64,000 nucleotides of DNA. Source: a virus. Lineage: Duplodnaviria; Heunggongvirae; Uroviricota; Caudoviricetes. A program made the translations under genes and the position numbers. Location: IMG/VR virus record IMGVR_UViG_3300037346_000580, positions 1 to 64,000 of that record; one strand, given 5' to 3'. The notes below the pieces were generated by a model. The model was not told where the DNA came from. It saw only the letters and a program-made list of their open reading frames with translations, and did no database searches. Shown piece by piece: positions 8,986 through 19,079 of the stretch. Every line of letters starts with the position of its first letter. Within the stretch, counting starts at the first letter, position 1.

Positions 8986-9345
8986 ATGGACAATTATATA
9001 AAACTATATTCAGATTTCATTAATGAAGCTGATAAAAAAGGGGAAAGCTTTGAAGATTTTGCAAAAACCAGATTGACTGGAGCTGCGAAAATAGCCGAAG
9101 CTGCTAAAGAGAAGGGCGGTGATGCTCTTCTAACTTATCACCATTTTAGGGTTAAATTACCGGTTTATGAAAAAGCTGGTGGTGGAAATTTTGATCCTGT
9201 TGAAGCAAAGGATGAGATGGAAGCTCTAGTTAAAGCCTTGGTTAAAGGAACTGCTGGTTCTATAAAACTCGAACAGACTGAATTTCAAAAGCTCGTTGGC
9301 CTCATAGAGGTCTTTGGAGAATTACTAATAAGAAAAGGTGCTTAA
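8986..9345 (+). CDS. Hypothetical protein (119 aa).
   Basis: ORF. A GATATATA box lies about 25 nt upstream, as for the other plus-strand genes. Confidence 0.45.
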   Translation: MDNYIKLYSDFINEADKKGESFEDFAKTRLTGAAKIAEAAKEKGGDALLTYHHFRVKLPVYEKAGGGNFDPVEAKDEMEALVKALVKGTAGSIKLEQTEFQKLVGLIEVFGELLIRKGA

Positions 9346-9647
9346 TTAAGCACCTTTTCTGTTTCATTCAATTTGTTGTAATATTTCATCCTAATTGACT
9401 TGTATCCATGCCCCTGATAGAATATTCTATTTCTAATAACATTCTTTGCATCGTTATTATAATTGTCAATATACCAATCTATATTGATGTTTGATTTGGA
9501 TTTGATTTTCCCATTAACCTCGTTGAATACTCCTTCCCCGATCTCCTCGATTTTAAATATTCCTTTCTCACCCCTAATAAATGCATGCTTAGAAGTTATT
9601 CTTAAGTAGCTAACTACATCTTGTCTGTTTTGTTCTTTTGTTTTCAT
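9342..9647 (-). CDS. Hypothetical protein (101 aa).
   Basis: ORF. Confidence 0.4.
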   Translation of the reverse strand: MKTKEQNRQDVVSYLRITSKHAFIRGEKGIFKIEEIGEGVFNEVNGKIKSKSNINIDWYIDNYNNDAKNVIRNRIFYQGHGYKSIRMKYYNKLNETEKVLN

Positions 9648-9664
9648 GATTTTTTTATTTTTAA

Positions 9665-10288
9665 TTAATTATTTTTTAGTATCCATTGATAGAATCCAGG
9701 TTTTATATTGTTGTCTAATTTTTCCCATAGTCCTGACAGCTGGACGGATTCAGTCATGTATATGTTTGACCCCTGGGATTTACCATTTTCATCAAATATC
9801 TCCCATGTGTAATAGACATGCATACCCCTTTCAGTGTCTACCTTTTTATTCTGAAACCATGTCCATCCTTTTCTTGAATTTTCTATCATCTTCTGTTTTG
9901 CATTCTCAAATAACCGATCATTTATTTCCTTGTTTGAATCGAATGCTTCTCTTGCTTGTTTCAATATTCTTCCCTTTCTCTCGTTTCTTTGTTCATCGTT
10001 ACAATAACAAGCAAGTTCAAATTTAAAAAGTTTCTCAATGTCCTCCCATTTTGAATCTCTTGAATATTTATTTTCCACAAACCCATGGACATCTTCACAA
10101 TAAACATCAACCTTATATCCCTCTGCTGAATAAACATATTCACCTTTATCGTTTATGTAGGCATAAGGTCCATCCCAATAACCTTCTTTTTCTATTGCTG
10201 CTACTGGTATTCCTCCCTCCATTCTGATGTGTCCATTACCCTCAGGATCTGCTTCCCGTAACATCTTTATAAATTCGTTCGTTGTCAT
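9665..10288 (-). CDS. Hypothetical protein (207 aa).
   Basis: ORF. Confidence 0.5.
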   Translation of the reverse strand: MTTNEFIKMLREADPEGNGHIRMEGGIPVAAIEKEGYWDGPYAYINDKGEYVYSAEGYKVDVYCEDVHGFVENKYSRDSKWEDIEKLFKFELACYCNDEQRNERKGRILKQAREAFDSNKEINDRLFENAKQKMIENSRKGWTWFQNKKVDTERGMHVYYTWEIFDENGKSQGSNIYMTESVQLSGLWEKLDNNIKPGFYQWILKNN

Positions 10289-10380
10289 AATTTTTAATTT
10301 ATTTTTATTAATTTATTGTTTGTTTCGCTTCATATAAAGCTCGCTGCTTGATTATTTTTATCCTCTTATACAAATGTATC

Positions 10381-10734
10381 TTATACCTCAAATTCATTCT
10401 TTAGTGTCTCGTATTGTTTCTTTCTCTCTGCTTTTTTTGCCTCCTCGTACCTTGCCCTATCTTCCCTTTGTTTTTGTTCCCTTTTGATTCTTTCCTCCTC
10501 CTCCTTGGTCTTTCTAATCTGTATATGCTCATCAAGATCTATTGTTAGATCGTTAGCGTTTATCGTCTCTGATTCATATTCGGTTCCTCCATAGGATACA
10601 CTCCATGAACGGCTGCAGTAAAACTCTCCATCGGATAGAAGTTCTATAGAATCTGGTTTGTAGCCAGTTTTTGCAATAAATATCTGTTCCACTCTGTCGT
10701 GGATTGTGATTAGTTGTTCACCTGTTATTTTCAT
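10381..10734 (-). CDS. Hypothetical protein with a charged coiled-coil C-terminus (117 aa).
   Basis: ORF. The stop overlaps the start of the upstream gene. Confidence 0.45.
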   Translation of the reverse strand: MKITGEQLITIHDRVEQIFIAKTGYKPDSIELLSDGEFYCSRSWSVSYGGTEYESETINANDLTIDLDEHIQIRKTKEEEERIKREQKQREDRARYEEAKKAERKKQYETLKNEFEV

Positions 10735-11159
10735 TATTTTTGTTTTTTAAGTTCTAATTCTTTTACCCTTCCCATTATAATGCCTCTATATTTTTTATGT
10801 AATTCATATGGGATATTCATTACTATATTGTGCCCCTTAGAGAATATGTGGTTTATATAGAGATCAACATGCTCACTTGTGAATTCGGTGAATATTTTAT
10901 TACTTGGTTTATACCAGCTGTCCTCTCTTGCATAAGCATAAACATAATAGAGTTTTCCTGCTTCCTTTTGATATTGAATGTATATTAGTAACAAATCCCA
11001 TAGTTGATCTGGTGTTAATAAACCATGCTCTTCCAGAACAAGCATTGTTGTTGCTAATCTTCCCATCCTGTTGCCTAAATTTGTATGCTTTCCATAGGCT
11101 CTTTTTGTACTCAGCTTTTTAAGAGAGTCAAAGTTTCTTGTTTTTAGAATTCCTTTCAT
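10734..11159 (-). CDS. Hypothetical protein (141 aa).
   Basis: ORF. ATGA overlap with the ORF upstream. Confidence 0.5.
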   Translation of the reverse strand: MKGILKTRNFDSLKKLSTKRAYGKHTNLGNRMGRLATTMLVLEEHGLLTPDQLWDLLLIYIQYQKEAGKLYYVYAYAREDSWYKPSNKIFTEFTSEHVDLYINHIFSKGHNIVMNIPYELHKKYRGIIMGRVKELELKKQK

Positions 11160-11492
11160 GTCGTTTGTAGATTTTTTAGAGATAACGAAAGGTGGGACAA
11201 TGATTTTCTAACCTCTGGATTGCCAAAAAAGCATGCAGAAGTATAGGCGTCAACATCAGGCTCAAAAAACAATGATGCCTGTGTAACGTGTCTGAATTTT
11301 TCGTAAATTTTAATTAAATGTGCTTCTGATTTTGCAGAGAGACAAATTATAGAATTTGTTGTCTCTTTCCATTCTTTGAACTTTGTGGGATGTTCATATG
11401 CAAAATCTGCAAGGCTATGACAAGCCTGTGGTAATTGATAGCCTTCTGAGTGAAGGTCTGCTCTGGTAACTATTACCAGTTTCGTTTCCTGA
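11157..11492 (-). CDS. Candidate PTH2-like peptidyl-tRNA hydrolase ORF of about 110 codons with no in-frame ATG (...KLVIVTRADLHSEGYQLPQACHSLADFA...). Either a non-ATG start or a decayed gene.
   Basis: Manual translation. Pattern V-I-V-x-R-x-DL....G....Q.CHS resembles the PTH2 N-terminal motif. Open from TAG 11493-11495 to a TGA overlapping the ATG at 11159. Confidence 0.3.
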
Positions 11493-11730
11493 AATTTGTT
11501 AATCTAAGTCATTTTCTTAATTTATTTTATTATTATACATTATTTTTTGTTTTTGTTTCATTTTTTATTGGTTATATTCTTCAGGCCTTATACCGTCAGG
11601 GAAAGATAACTTTGCATTTGTTAAATCAATGGAAGAATAAACGTCGGTAATCTCCTTCCTTGTTCTGCTGCTTATATTTAAGCAAACCTCATAAACCCAT
11701 TCATCGAACGCCATATTTAATTTATTTTAG

Positions 11731-11845
11731 TGGTCAGAACAGGATTCGAACCTGTATCTCCAATGTCTTACCAAAGGCGAGTCTACCCGATGCGTAAAGC
11801 AATTCCTCTACCTGACTTAGCTTCTAACAGATTATCAGTTCTGAC
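11731..11845 (-). tRNA. tRNA-like gene A (T-arm ACAGG-TTCGAAT-CCTGT, acceptor 3' strand TTCTGAC). The matching 5' acceptor GTCAGAA lies 115 nt upstream, too far for a canonical tRNA.
   Basis: Reverse complement contains GGTTCGAATCC and an acceptor-stem match. No clean cloverleaf could be built by eye. Confidence 0.4.
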
Positions 11846-11904
11846 GCTTTACACAGCTTAGCTATTTTTGGGTTGCCCCTTACTCTCCGCTATTTGAGTT
11901 TTGT

Positions 11905-11985
11905 GATCCCCACCGGGCTCGAACCGGATACGCTGAGTTTAGAAGTCAGTTTGACGCCATGTCAATTAAGTTTAGGGACCTTTTT
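11905..11985 (-). tRNA. tRNA-like gene B (about 77 nt; 5' GGTCCCT pairs with 3' GGGGATC using two G-U pairs; T-loop TTCGAGC).
   Basis: Acceptor/T-arm complementarity. D and anticodon arms are not convincingly resolved. Confidence 0.4.
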
Positions 11986-12076
11986 CTTTACTTAGTTATT
12001 ATTAAAAATATAACAATGAATATTATTCCTATTATTCCTATTATTGCTTTTCTCATTTTATTTTATTTTTAATTAC

Positions 12077-12118
12077 AAGACAAATATAAGAAATTATTTT
12101 TAAATAAAAAAATAATTT
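12077..12118 (-). promoter_or_regulatory. Conserved promoter motif instance (CAAATATAAG...TAAATAAAAAAA).
   Basis: Motif family member, followed by hairpin terminator 12120-12153. Confidence 0.45.
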
Positions 12119-12119
12119 G

Positions 12120-12153
12120 AAAAAAATCGGGATTTTTCAATCCCGATTTCTCT
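12120..12153. terminator. Hairpin terminator (ATCGGGATT-TTTCA-ATCCCGAT) with a flanking A-run.
   Basis: 8-bp inverted repeat. Confidence 0.55.
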
Positions 12154-12155
12154 AT

Positions 12156-12977
12156 TTATTTAATATCCTCTATACCGCTACCGAATACTTGCTTCGTTTT
12201 TGTTGAGGTGAATCCAGGTTTATAATCAATCCGTGGTCTATTCAAAATTTTATTATATAGATTATTAGGCAAAGTCTGCAGCAATATGTTATTAGCTTTT
12301 GCAATATTTTGTGACTCAACCTCTAGAGCTAAATATCCGGCTCTTTGAGTTTCTACAAATTGTGATAGATCAACATAGAAATTAGAGAAATCCCCATAAG
12401 GTACTGGCTGATTTTCTTGTAGCCATTTCCATGTAAGTTTCTCGCCATCTCGTCTTCCGTCCATGATCAATTTGGTTACCTCTATGAATGTCTCTTTGTT
12501 TTCGATTAGAACATTATGCTTAAGTGTATATGATTTCCACATATTGTCATAATATGCTTCCTTCTCCTGACTTAATTGTGCATAATCATTTTGATATAAT
12601 ACAGTTTGGTTATAGATGACTTTAGTGTCCTTATAAAACCTGCTTGCTCCAATGACTAATAGCAATAGAACCAATAAACCAGCCACACCGCCGAACGGAT
12701 TTTTATCGCCATCTTTAGGTTCTTTGAAATCCCATTCTAAATTCTGATCCAAAGATTTTCTCATTAGAATAACGATATAGACAAATAAGCCTACTAGAAA
12801 AGCAATGTTGAAAGTTGTATGCATTGCTGAAAAACTTAAGGATCCGTTGTCCTTTACTGTGTCACCTGGGAACTGTACCGTCCACATGAAGCCAAATGCC
12901 AAAAGCGAGATGACTGCGCCAATCATCTTGGAGATGAATTCTGACTTACTTAATTTACCTTTTTTAAAGATACTCAT
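12156..12977 (-). CDS. N-terminally membrane-anchored protein (273 aa), paralogous to 19080..19637 (YDNMWKSYT / YDKMWKTIS; WKWLQENQP / MKWVQESNP).
   Basis: ORF, TM helix, shared motifs with the second copy. Confidence 0.55.
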   Translation of the reverse strand: MSIFKKGKLSKSEFISKMIGAVISLLAFGFMWTVQFPGDTVKDNGSLSFSAMHTTFNIAFLVGLFVYIVILMRKSLDQNLEWDFKEPKDGDKNPFGGVAGLLVLLLLVIGASRFYKDTKVIYNQTVLYQNDYAQLSQEKEAYYDNMWKSYTLKHNVLIENKETFIEVTKLIMDGRRDGEKLTWKWLQENQPVPYGDFSNFYVDLSQFVETQRAGYLALEVESQNIAKANNILLQTLPNNLYNKILNRPRIDYKPGFTSTKTKQVFGSGIEDIK

Positions 12978-13003
12978 AGAATTAATTGTTAATTGTTAAT
13001 TGT

Positions 13004-14251
13004 TTATTTTTGATCGTCTTCTGTCCATGTAATAACTGGACAATTCTTTTTATACATACTATGTATTAAATCTCTAACCATTCCAAAGAAATCTGCCATA
13101 TAGATAATACCTTGAACCATTGCTCTGAATACTGGTCCTAACCAGCCGAAAATGAATTTAAAAACTTTTTTCATTCCTTTACCAAATTTATAGACAGGTA
13201 TTTTGGGAAGTTTCGGTGGATTAATCTTACTCATTTGCATAAAAGCCCATTTAAAAAATGGATTTATGATATATTTGAATAACGAAAATATTATAAATGC
13301 AGTAGCTATAAATACAGTTATTCCTAAAAGACCATAGCCTACATATTTCCAATTTATCCACCCGATTGTTTTAATCACTGCAACACTCAATCCCCAGATT
13401 GCAAAGTATGATATGATAACTACTAATCCAATACCAATAATTTTAGATGTTTTAGATTGTTTAAATTCCTCTATCTTAACCGCTCTTGCCCCTATAATTT
13501 TTGATTTCTCCTCCGATTTCCTTTCCTTCATCTCTATTTTTAATCTAAGCTTATTATATCTTACCCTGATTGCTTCGTCATCAATATCACGTTTCGCCCG
13601 GTACCATGCCGATCCTTTATCCTCTATCATGTATCTTTCCTTGTAAGGTAATTCATACTGATATTTTTTAAAGATCTTGCTATTCTTCAGATTATATGCC
13701 TCCTTATCTGTTATTGTTGGCAGCTTATCTAGACAATCTTTAACAAAAGATGCTCTCCTTTTTTCGTCCATTCTTTTTGAATATGTCGAGCAGGATTCAA
13801 TAAAGTTGGTGTCTACTTTTCTCGTCATCTTTACAATTAAAATAATAGGAAAGGTAAGAAATACCACTACCATTATCCAGAAATATGGACACATTGTAGG
13901 GTGGACTTTATGAGGTTCTTTACCAAAAACCCATTTATAAACTTTACAATGCCAAGCATCTTTCTTAAAAGTGTAGAAATTCTTTTTTGGTTTCTGTTCC
14001 TCAGTTACCCCTGGGATATACTTATTCTCCAGACTAATATCATACTCAGGAATTCCCAATTGACATTTACAGATTTTATTCTCTCTGTCAATGTCCCATT
14101 TAGTTGAGACGTAAACTGATTCTACATCTGGATTTTCTTTGATCTGGTCTTTGTCCTGAACCATACCAATTATTACAGTTCTTGACTCGTTCAGAATCAT
14201 TTTCTTTAGATCGTATCCAGATTTGGTGGTGTGCAAATTTAAAATCTTCAT
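13004..14251 (-). CDS. Multi-pass membrane protein (415 aa).
   Basis: ORF. Several hydrophobic helices in the central and C-terminal parts. Confidence 0.55.
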   Translation of the reverse strand: MKILNLHTTKSGYDLKKMILNESRTVIIGMVQDKDQIKENPDVESVYVSTKWDIDRENKICKCQLGIPEYDISLENKYIPGVTEEQKPKKNFYTFKKDAWHCKVYKWVFGKEPHKVHPTMCPYFWIMVVVFLTFPIILIVKMTRKVDTNFIESCSTYSKRMDEKRRASFVKDCLDKLPTITDKEAYNLKNSKIFKKYQYELPYKERYMIEDKGSAWYRAKRDIDDEAIRVRYNKLRLKIEMKERKSEEKSKIIGARAVKIEEFKQSKTSKIIGIGLVVIISYFAIWGLSVAVIKTIGWINWKYVGYGLLGITVFIATAFIIFSLFKYIINPFFKWAFMQMSKINPPKLPKIPVYKFGKGMKKVFKFIFGWLGPVFRAMVQGIIYMADFFGMVRDLIHSMYKKNCPVITWTEDDQK

Positions 14252-14323
14252 TTTTGTTTATTTTTTAATTACATGGAAAATATATAAAACATTTTCGATA
14301 TAAAAAAATTATTTTAATATTTT

Positions 14324-14722
14324 TTATATTATAAAGTGTACATATTTACCTACGTGACTTCTTAGCTCTTTAAATATCGAGTGTCCGTTCTCGTCTGCGA
14401 CATAATCAAATCCTCCATATCCACATGTCCATTCTGAATAGCACCCGGATATCAAATCGGCGTAAAGCATAGAGGCAACAACCTCCGCGCTTTGCTGATC
14501 GAACGATTTTTCCTCCAGCGGTGCTTGCTCAAGTATAACATAACGAACGTGGTATCCTGGACTTTGTTTGGTTGGGTCGTTCCAATAATCTTCCTCACTT
14601 TGATTGAAGAGATCGGTTAGCTTTCCATAAAGAGAAACTCCCCCTATTTCTACATCCTCTATATGCTCACAACAAGTAACATTTACTTTGTCACCCGACA
14701 TTATAAATCCCTTTAATTCCAT
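14324..14722 (-). CDS. Hypothetical protein (132 aa).
   Basis: ORF. Confidence 0.45.
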   Translation of the reverse strand: MELKGFIMSGDKVNVTCCEHIEDVEIGGVSLYGKLTDLFNQSEEDYWNDPTKQSPGYHVRYVILEQAPLEEKSFDQQSAEVVASMLYADLISGCYSEWTCGYGGFDYVADENGHSIFKELRSHVGKYVHFII

Positions 14723-14748
14723 ATTTTTTCCATTATTTCTATTTGTGG

Positions 14749-14973
14749 TTACTCTATTATATGACCATACTTTACGATGAATTCAGATGCACTCATCTGA
14801 TTGAAAGTCTGTGGTGTGAAATCTCTCCAATATCCAGTGGTTGTAGCATAGTCTGCTTTCTCTACAAATTCTTCAACCATTCGGGTATAGTTTGCTATCA
14901 TTATATCAGCAACCTTTCTTTTTTGTTGCTCTGTAGCTTTCTTAAAGTCAACTAAATCTTTTTCCTCTATCAT
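14749..14973 (-). CDS. Hypothetical protein (74 aa).
   Basis: ORF in an operon series with 3-nt spacing. Confidence 0.4.
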   Translation of the reverse strand: MIEEKDLVDFKKATEQQKRKVADIMIANYTRMVEEFVEKADYATTTGYWRDFTPQTFNQMSASEFIVKYGHIIE

Positions 14974-14975
14974 AA

Positions 14976-15542
14976 TTAAACTTTTTCGTCAAAAAATACT
15001 TCAAATTCGTCCCTTGAATAGAAGCCAAAAAGACCAGAACGTAATGTCTCGTTGATTGATGTTATTGACATGGTTCCGCCGAAAGTTCCGCTGTCACCAT
15101 ATCGGTATTTTAATGAAATCCTAGAAAAAGCTCTCTCCCATGATGCTATATCAGTCTTAACCCATGATCCATGTCTATCTACAACCTCATTTGTCTTAAT
15201 GTAATCTCCAAGGTGATGCCAAATGTAGCCTGAAAGTTTAGTAAATTCTTTTCTGCTTACTCTTAATGAAACTTTACGTCTCTTATAGTATGAATCATAT
15301 AATTTTTCTGATTCAGCATCAGATCTATTCTCATCATATTCTACAGGTTTAGGAAATGCACTTGGCTGTGTTTTTTCAATCGAGCTGATAAGGAAAAATT
15401 CTTGTGCTACCTTGGGCATAGCATAAAATCCTCTGGAAGCAGGAGGTGAATGGAACGTTTTTTGCTCCGATGTGTAACCATTCTGTTTCTTGAGATCAAG
15501 ACCACCGAATCTAACAAATATGTTTAGGTTCTTTCCTTTCAT
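14976..15542 (-). CDS. Hypothetical protein (188 aa).
   Basis: ORF. The conserved promoter motif is immediately upstream (15545-15580). Confidence 0.5.
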   Translation of the reverse strand: MKGKNLNIFVRFGGLDLKKQNGYTSEQKTFHSPPASRGFYAMPKVAQEFFLISSIEKTQPSAFPKPVEYDENRSDAESEKLYDSYYKRRKVSLRVSRKEFTKLSGYIWHHLGDYIKTNEVVDRHGSWVKTDIASWERAFSRISLKYRYGDSGTFGGTMSITSINETLRSGLFGFYSRDEFEVFFDEKV

Positions 15543-15544
15543 AT

Positions 15545-15580
15545 TGCAAATATATGAAAAAGAATCGAAATAAAAAAATA
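15545..15580 (-). promoter_or_regulatory. Conserved promoter motif instance (GCAAATATATGAAAAAGAATCGAAATAAAAAAA).
   Basis: Motif family. It lies 3 nt upstream of the ATG at 15542. Confidence 0.55.
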
Positions 15581-15584
15581 AAAT

Positions 15585-15968
15585 TTACCTTATTTTATCC
15601 CATTCTATTAGTGAGGAGTCTGAGATAATATGATCCCTATTCGGGTCATACCTATTTATTCTTGGACCAGTGTATTCATTAGATTCCAGTGTGAATAGAT
15701 CTATTCTTGGACGATGGAATGAATATATAGCTGGATCTTCTATTCTGCAATTGATGCATCTGCCAAAGAGTTTACCGTATAGCATAACATTATTAGGAAC
15801 CGGTATATCACACTTAGCCACACCGTTGCCTTCAACCCAATACTGCACGCATTCAGATCCTCCGCAAAGCTGACATAAAAGATGTTTAGCATAATAAAGT
15901 CTATGATTAATAATGATAGTTTCCTTTAGATCATATCCTCTAGGATCTATGAGTGTGATTTCATTCAT
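15585..15968 (-). CDS. Cys-rich hypothetical protein (127 aa; CQLCGG...C...C.NC).
   Basis: ORF. Possible zinc-binding protein. Confidence 0.45.
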   Translation of the reverse strand: MNEITLIDPRGYDLKETIIINHRLYYAKHLLCQLCGGSECVQYWVEGNGVAKCDIPVPNNVMLYGKLFGRCINCRIEDPAIYSFHRPRIDLFTLESNEYTGPRINRYDPNRDHIISDSSLIEWDKIR

Positions 15969-16242
15969 ATAAATCTTTGGCCAAATCCTTAACCTTATCT
16001 ATTTTATCCTGCGATAATGTATAATATGAATTTCTTAAATTTTTAATCGATTCAGAATATTTTGCTTCATCGAAAGTCATTCCATAATATGGTTCGCTCA
16101 AAGCCATACCAGGAGACAATAGATTGATCTCATCTATTTTATCCTGTGAAAGAGTATGATATGATCTATTTAGAAAATTAATAGCTCCTGAGTATTCAAG
16201 CTGATCAAATGTTCTTTTGCGTGATTTCGGTAATTTAAGCAT
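15961..16242 (-). CDS. Hypothetical protein (93 aa) with an internal duplication (NLRNSYYTLSQDKIDK / FLNRSYHTLSQDKIDE).
   Basis: ORF. Two-fold internal repeat. Confidence 0.4.
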   Translation of the reverse strand: MLKLPKSRKRTFDQLEYSGAINFLNRSYHTLSQDKIDEINLLSPGMALSEPYYGMTFDEAKYSESIKNLRNSYYTLSQDKIDKVKDLAKDLYE

Positions 16243-16851
16243 TTCGTTATGTTTTTGAATGTTATTTAATTATATCAGAAAAATCTGAAAGTTTCCCATT
16301 TTTTTCCAATATATAGAGCAGATAACTCGAATCTCGCGATTTTTTTCCACTAACGACTGAAATTGTGCAAAAAAATTCCACTATGGACACCGATAACCCC
16401 AAAAGAAATGCAAAGAAAAAACATTCAGACTGCTGTTCTGATCCTAGCGACATTCTTCAACCCATTAGGGTTCGACGCTCTTTTTGCATTAGTGATGCAT
16501 TGGACAGGATCTTATTTAATAACAGATGGCATATTTTATTGCCTCTCAGCTTTCTTTTTTGGAATCTATTTTTGGATTTCAGACAAAAAAGTTAGTTTAC
16601 CTAGATTGAAAAGAAAAAGTCAATCCTCAATGGATTGACTTTTCATAATACCTTTTTAAATAACATTTCTAAGCATTCCCTTATATCTGGATCATCAGAC
16701 GATTCGTACAAAACAGATGGGTGCTTACTGTTACATTTCATAAGCACATTATCGACAAACTCATCCCCCCATTTTATTTTTGCCTGATGTATATCCCAGC
16801 CTTTTATAACTATAGCTCCAATCATCTTATTTTTTTATAGATATATATTCC

Positions 16852-17466
16852 ATGATAAACCTAATGAATTTTAAAATGTTTGAATCCTCTGCAGATTCAG
16901 ACTATAGCATGGATGACATTAAAAAACTTCCTGGTTTTATGTTACTTTTAGCAATCGGCTATTATGAAAGCAGCACTAGTGTTATGAAAAATCATATGAC
17001 TATGAGATTATATAACAGCGAACTCAGTATGGAAAAACCTAATGATAATGTCACTGTTTATTCAACGGGTTATGTTAGGAGATTAAGTAAGAGAGGTGGT
17101 CCATGGGGTGATACAGAACCAAGCATTTTTGTGTTGAAAAAATTCTCACCGCTAAACGGTATGCTTACCTGGAACGATCAGTTTTTATATATTTACGAAT
17201 GGACTATTAAGCAATTCAAGAAAAAAGGTATAACCAAATTTAATGATATAGATACTGGGCAATTTATAAATATGAAGAGCATTATAGATTATATGGCTAA
17301 AAAGAATGAAATTGATAAGGCATTGGTATATAAATTATATGAATTGCTAGATGCTAAGGGTAGAAATACTTTCACAAAAAAAATAGGGGTAAATAGAAAA
17401 GATTTTGAGGAAAGAAAAAAGAAATATGATCTTGGTCTGAATATTGTTTCTAAATGGCTAACCTAA
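16852..17466 (+). CDS. Hypothetical protein (204 aa), plus-strand.
   Basis: ORF. Followed by terminator 17468-17496. Confidence 0.5.
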   Translation: MINLMNFKMFESSADSDYSMDDIKKLPGFMLLLAIGYYESSTSVMKNHMTMRLYNSELSMEKPNDNVTVYSTGYVRRLSKRGGPWGDTEPSIFVLKKFSPLNGMLTWNDQFLYIYEWTIKQFKKKGITKFNDIDTGQFINMKSIIDYMAKKNEIDKALVYKLYELLDAKGRNTFTKKIGVNRKDFEERKKKYDLGLNIVSKWLT

Positions 17467-17467
17467 C

Positions 17468-17496
17468 AAAAAATCCAGCATTAAGCTGGATTTTTT
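17468..17496 (+). terminator. Rho-independent terminator (AATCCAGC-ATTA-GCTGGATT then T6).
   Basis: 8-bp stem plus T-run. Confidence 0.7.
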
Positions 17497-17810
17497 ATTG
17501 TCTTCCATTTCAGGTTACTTAAATCATATCTGCAGATAATTATTACTGATGAGCAGCCTAATTTTATATCATCCAATTCGATGGATTCGACTTTTAGATC
17601 CCTCCATTTTTTATTGAATTCCCCCATATCGCTGCCCTCCGTTGATATCATTGGACCCCCTGGTGGATCAAAACTAATAGTTTTTCCATCAAGGCCGATA
17701 CTTTTTCTGCGATATCCTGGAATAAATCCGCTCATCCTAAAATCTAGAAGTCCTAGTCTTTCGAATTTTATCTTGTCTGCATGTCTGTTTATATATATTT
17801 TTTTCTCCAT
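17481..17810 (-). CDS. Hypothetical protein (109 aa).
   Basis: ORF. Confidence 0.4.
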   Translation of the reverse strand: MEKKIYINRHADKIKFERLGLLDFRMSGFIPGYRRKSIGLDGKTISFDPPGGPMISTEGSDMGEFNKKWRDLKVESIELDDIKLGCSSVIIICRYDLSNLKWKTIKNPA

Positions 17811-19024
17811 TAATATCTATAGTTATTACCACCCTTTCCCCTGAACATGTCATTTAGAGGATCGTCATTACCGTCAATATCATTAACAACTGCCCAATAG
17901 CAAATCAATATGGTTATTGCAAGCGTTATGAATAATGTAACCCATTTAGCCCAGGTTGGTGGATCTACCGATATGTAGGAGAATTCGCTAAAGTCTTTTC
18001 TTTTGAATTCTCTATCTACATTATACCAAACTGCATTTGATAACTTTGACGCGTCAAACATCTTATTTGCCATTATATCCTCGCGAACATCTGGAATTAT
18101 TCTTCTAATTGGACTCCAAGTGAATGGTTTAACCCATTGTATCTGTCTAGATTTACTTGATAAACCAACGCATATTACAATTTCGTTATCATTACCTCCG
18201 TCCCAGTAAGCCTCCTGCATATCTGCAGCAACTGATGGCATGTCTTTGAAATATAGGAAATATATTCTTGCGTGTTTCTTTACTCCAAGCTGCCCATTTA
18301 GAAAGGTAGCCCATTGGTTCATGTACCACTTGTCCCTCTTATTTACCCATTTGATGCTATCTAAGCCAAGAACCATTTTCTGGCCATAGCCATCAACATC
18401 GGGATAGTCGAATAGCTTATATTGTTTCTTGTCACTTTCACTTATGATTGGATAATCGAATGCTGTGTGCGCTGCCTGAACCCTATTTTCATAGCTGTTC
18501 GCTGTTGTTGTTGATTCTGCACTTAAAGGTAGAGAATTCCACTTTATTTCATATGCATCCCCATCCTGTCCACATCCACCGTGATATTTTATATCCCTAT
18601 TTAGCTCAATAAATTCTGGTTTGGCCGACCATTTTTTCATTAGTCTATTATACTCAGCCTGTGTGATATTCCAGGTTTGTCCTAAGGAATTCTTAATTTC
18701 CCATTCTGGCCCATTATCGTCACAATATGAGCAATCATAATAAACTGTTCTTCTGCAATTTTTTCCACACGAAACGGTATAGCTACAGGTCCTATGAACC
18801 CAAGTTGTATAGGGCTCATAATATCTTGCTGATACGATTAAAGCCCCGTGATATTCAGTGTCTGTCACCTGTACCTTCTCGACTATGGCCTTAAAGATCG
18901 CTATGAATGATAAACAAGCTAATAGCGGAATTAAAACTTCCCACCAAGTCAATTTCTTTGAGAAAAATTTAAGGAGCACTATGGCGCCTATAATAGGTAT
19001 TAGTAGACATAACCAGATAGACAT
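17810..19024 (-). CDS. Membrane protein with N- and C-terminal TM helices and a large Cys-rich central domain (404 aa).
   Basis: ORF. Hydrophobic termini. Confidence 0.55.
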   Translation of the reverse strand: MSIWLCLLIPIIGAIVLLKFFSKKLTWWEVLIPLLACLSFIAIFKAIVEKVQVTDTEYHGALIVSARYYEPYTTWVHRTCSYTVSCGKNCRRTVYYDCSYCDDNGPEWEIKNSLGQTWNITQAEYNRLMKKWSAKPEFIELNRDIKYHGGCGQDGDAYEIKWNSLPLSAESTTTANSYENRVQAAHTAFDYPIISESDKKQYKLFDYPDVDGYGQKMVLGLDSIKWVNKRDKWYMNQWATFLNGQLGVKKHARIYFLYFKDMPSVAADMQEAYWDGGNDNEIVICVGLSSKSRQIQWVKPFTWSPIRRIIPDVREDIMANKMFDASKLSNAVWYNVDREFKRKDFSEFSYISVDPPTWAKWVTLFITLAITILICYWAVVNDIDGNDDPLNDMFRGKGGNNYRY

Positions 19025-19079
19025 AACTTTTGTTTTTTAGAAGAAAGGCAGACCGAAGCCTGCCTTTGTTTTGTTTTTA

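Noticed and set aside
11450-11650. ORF 11450-11650 (+)
   Set aside because: Composed of poly-T/A-rich intergenic sequence next to the tRNA-like cluster. No motif support.
16243-16851. Small ORFs in the 600-bp gap between the divergent units (16262-16453, 16363-16638, 16643-16825)
   Set aside because: They are mutually overlapping and short. The region more likely holds divergent regulatory sequence. Only 16643-16825 (-) looks protein-like and even that is weak.
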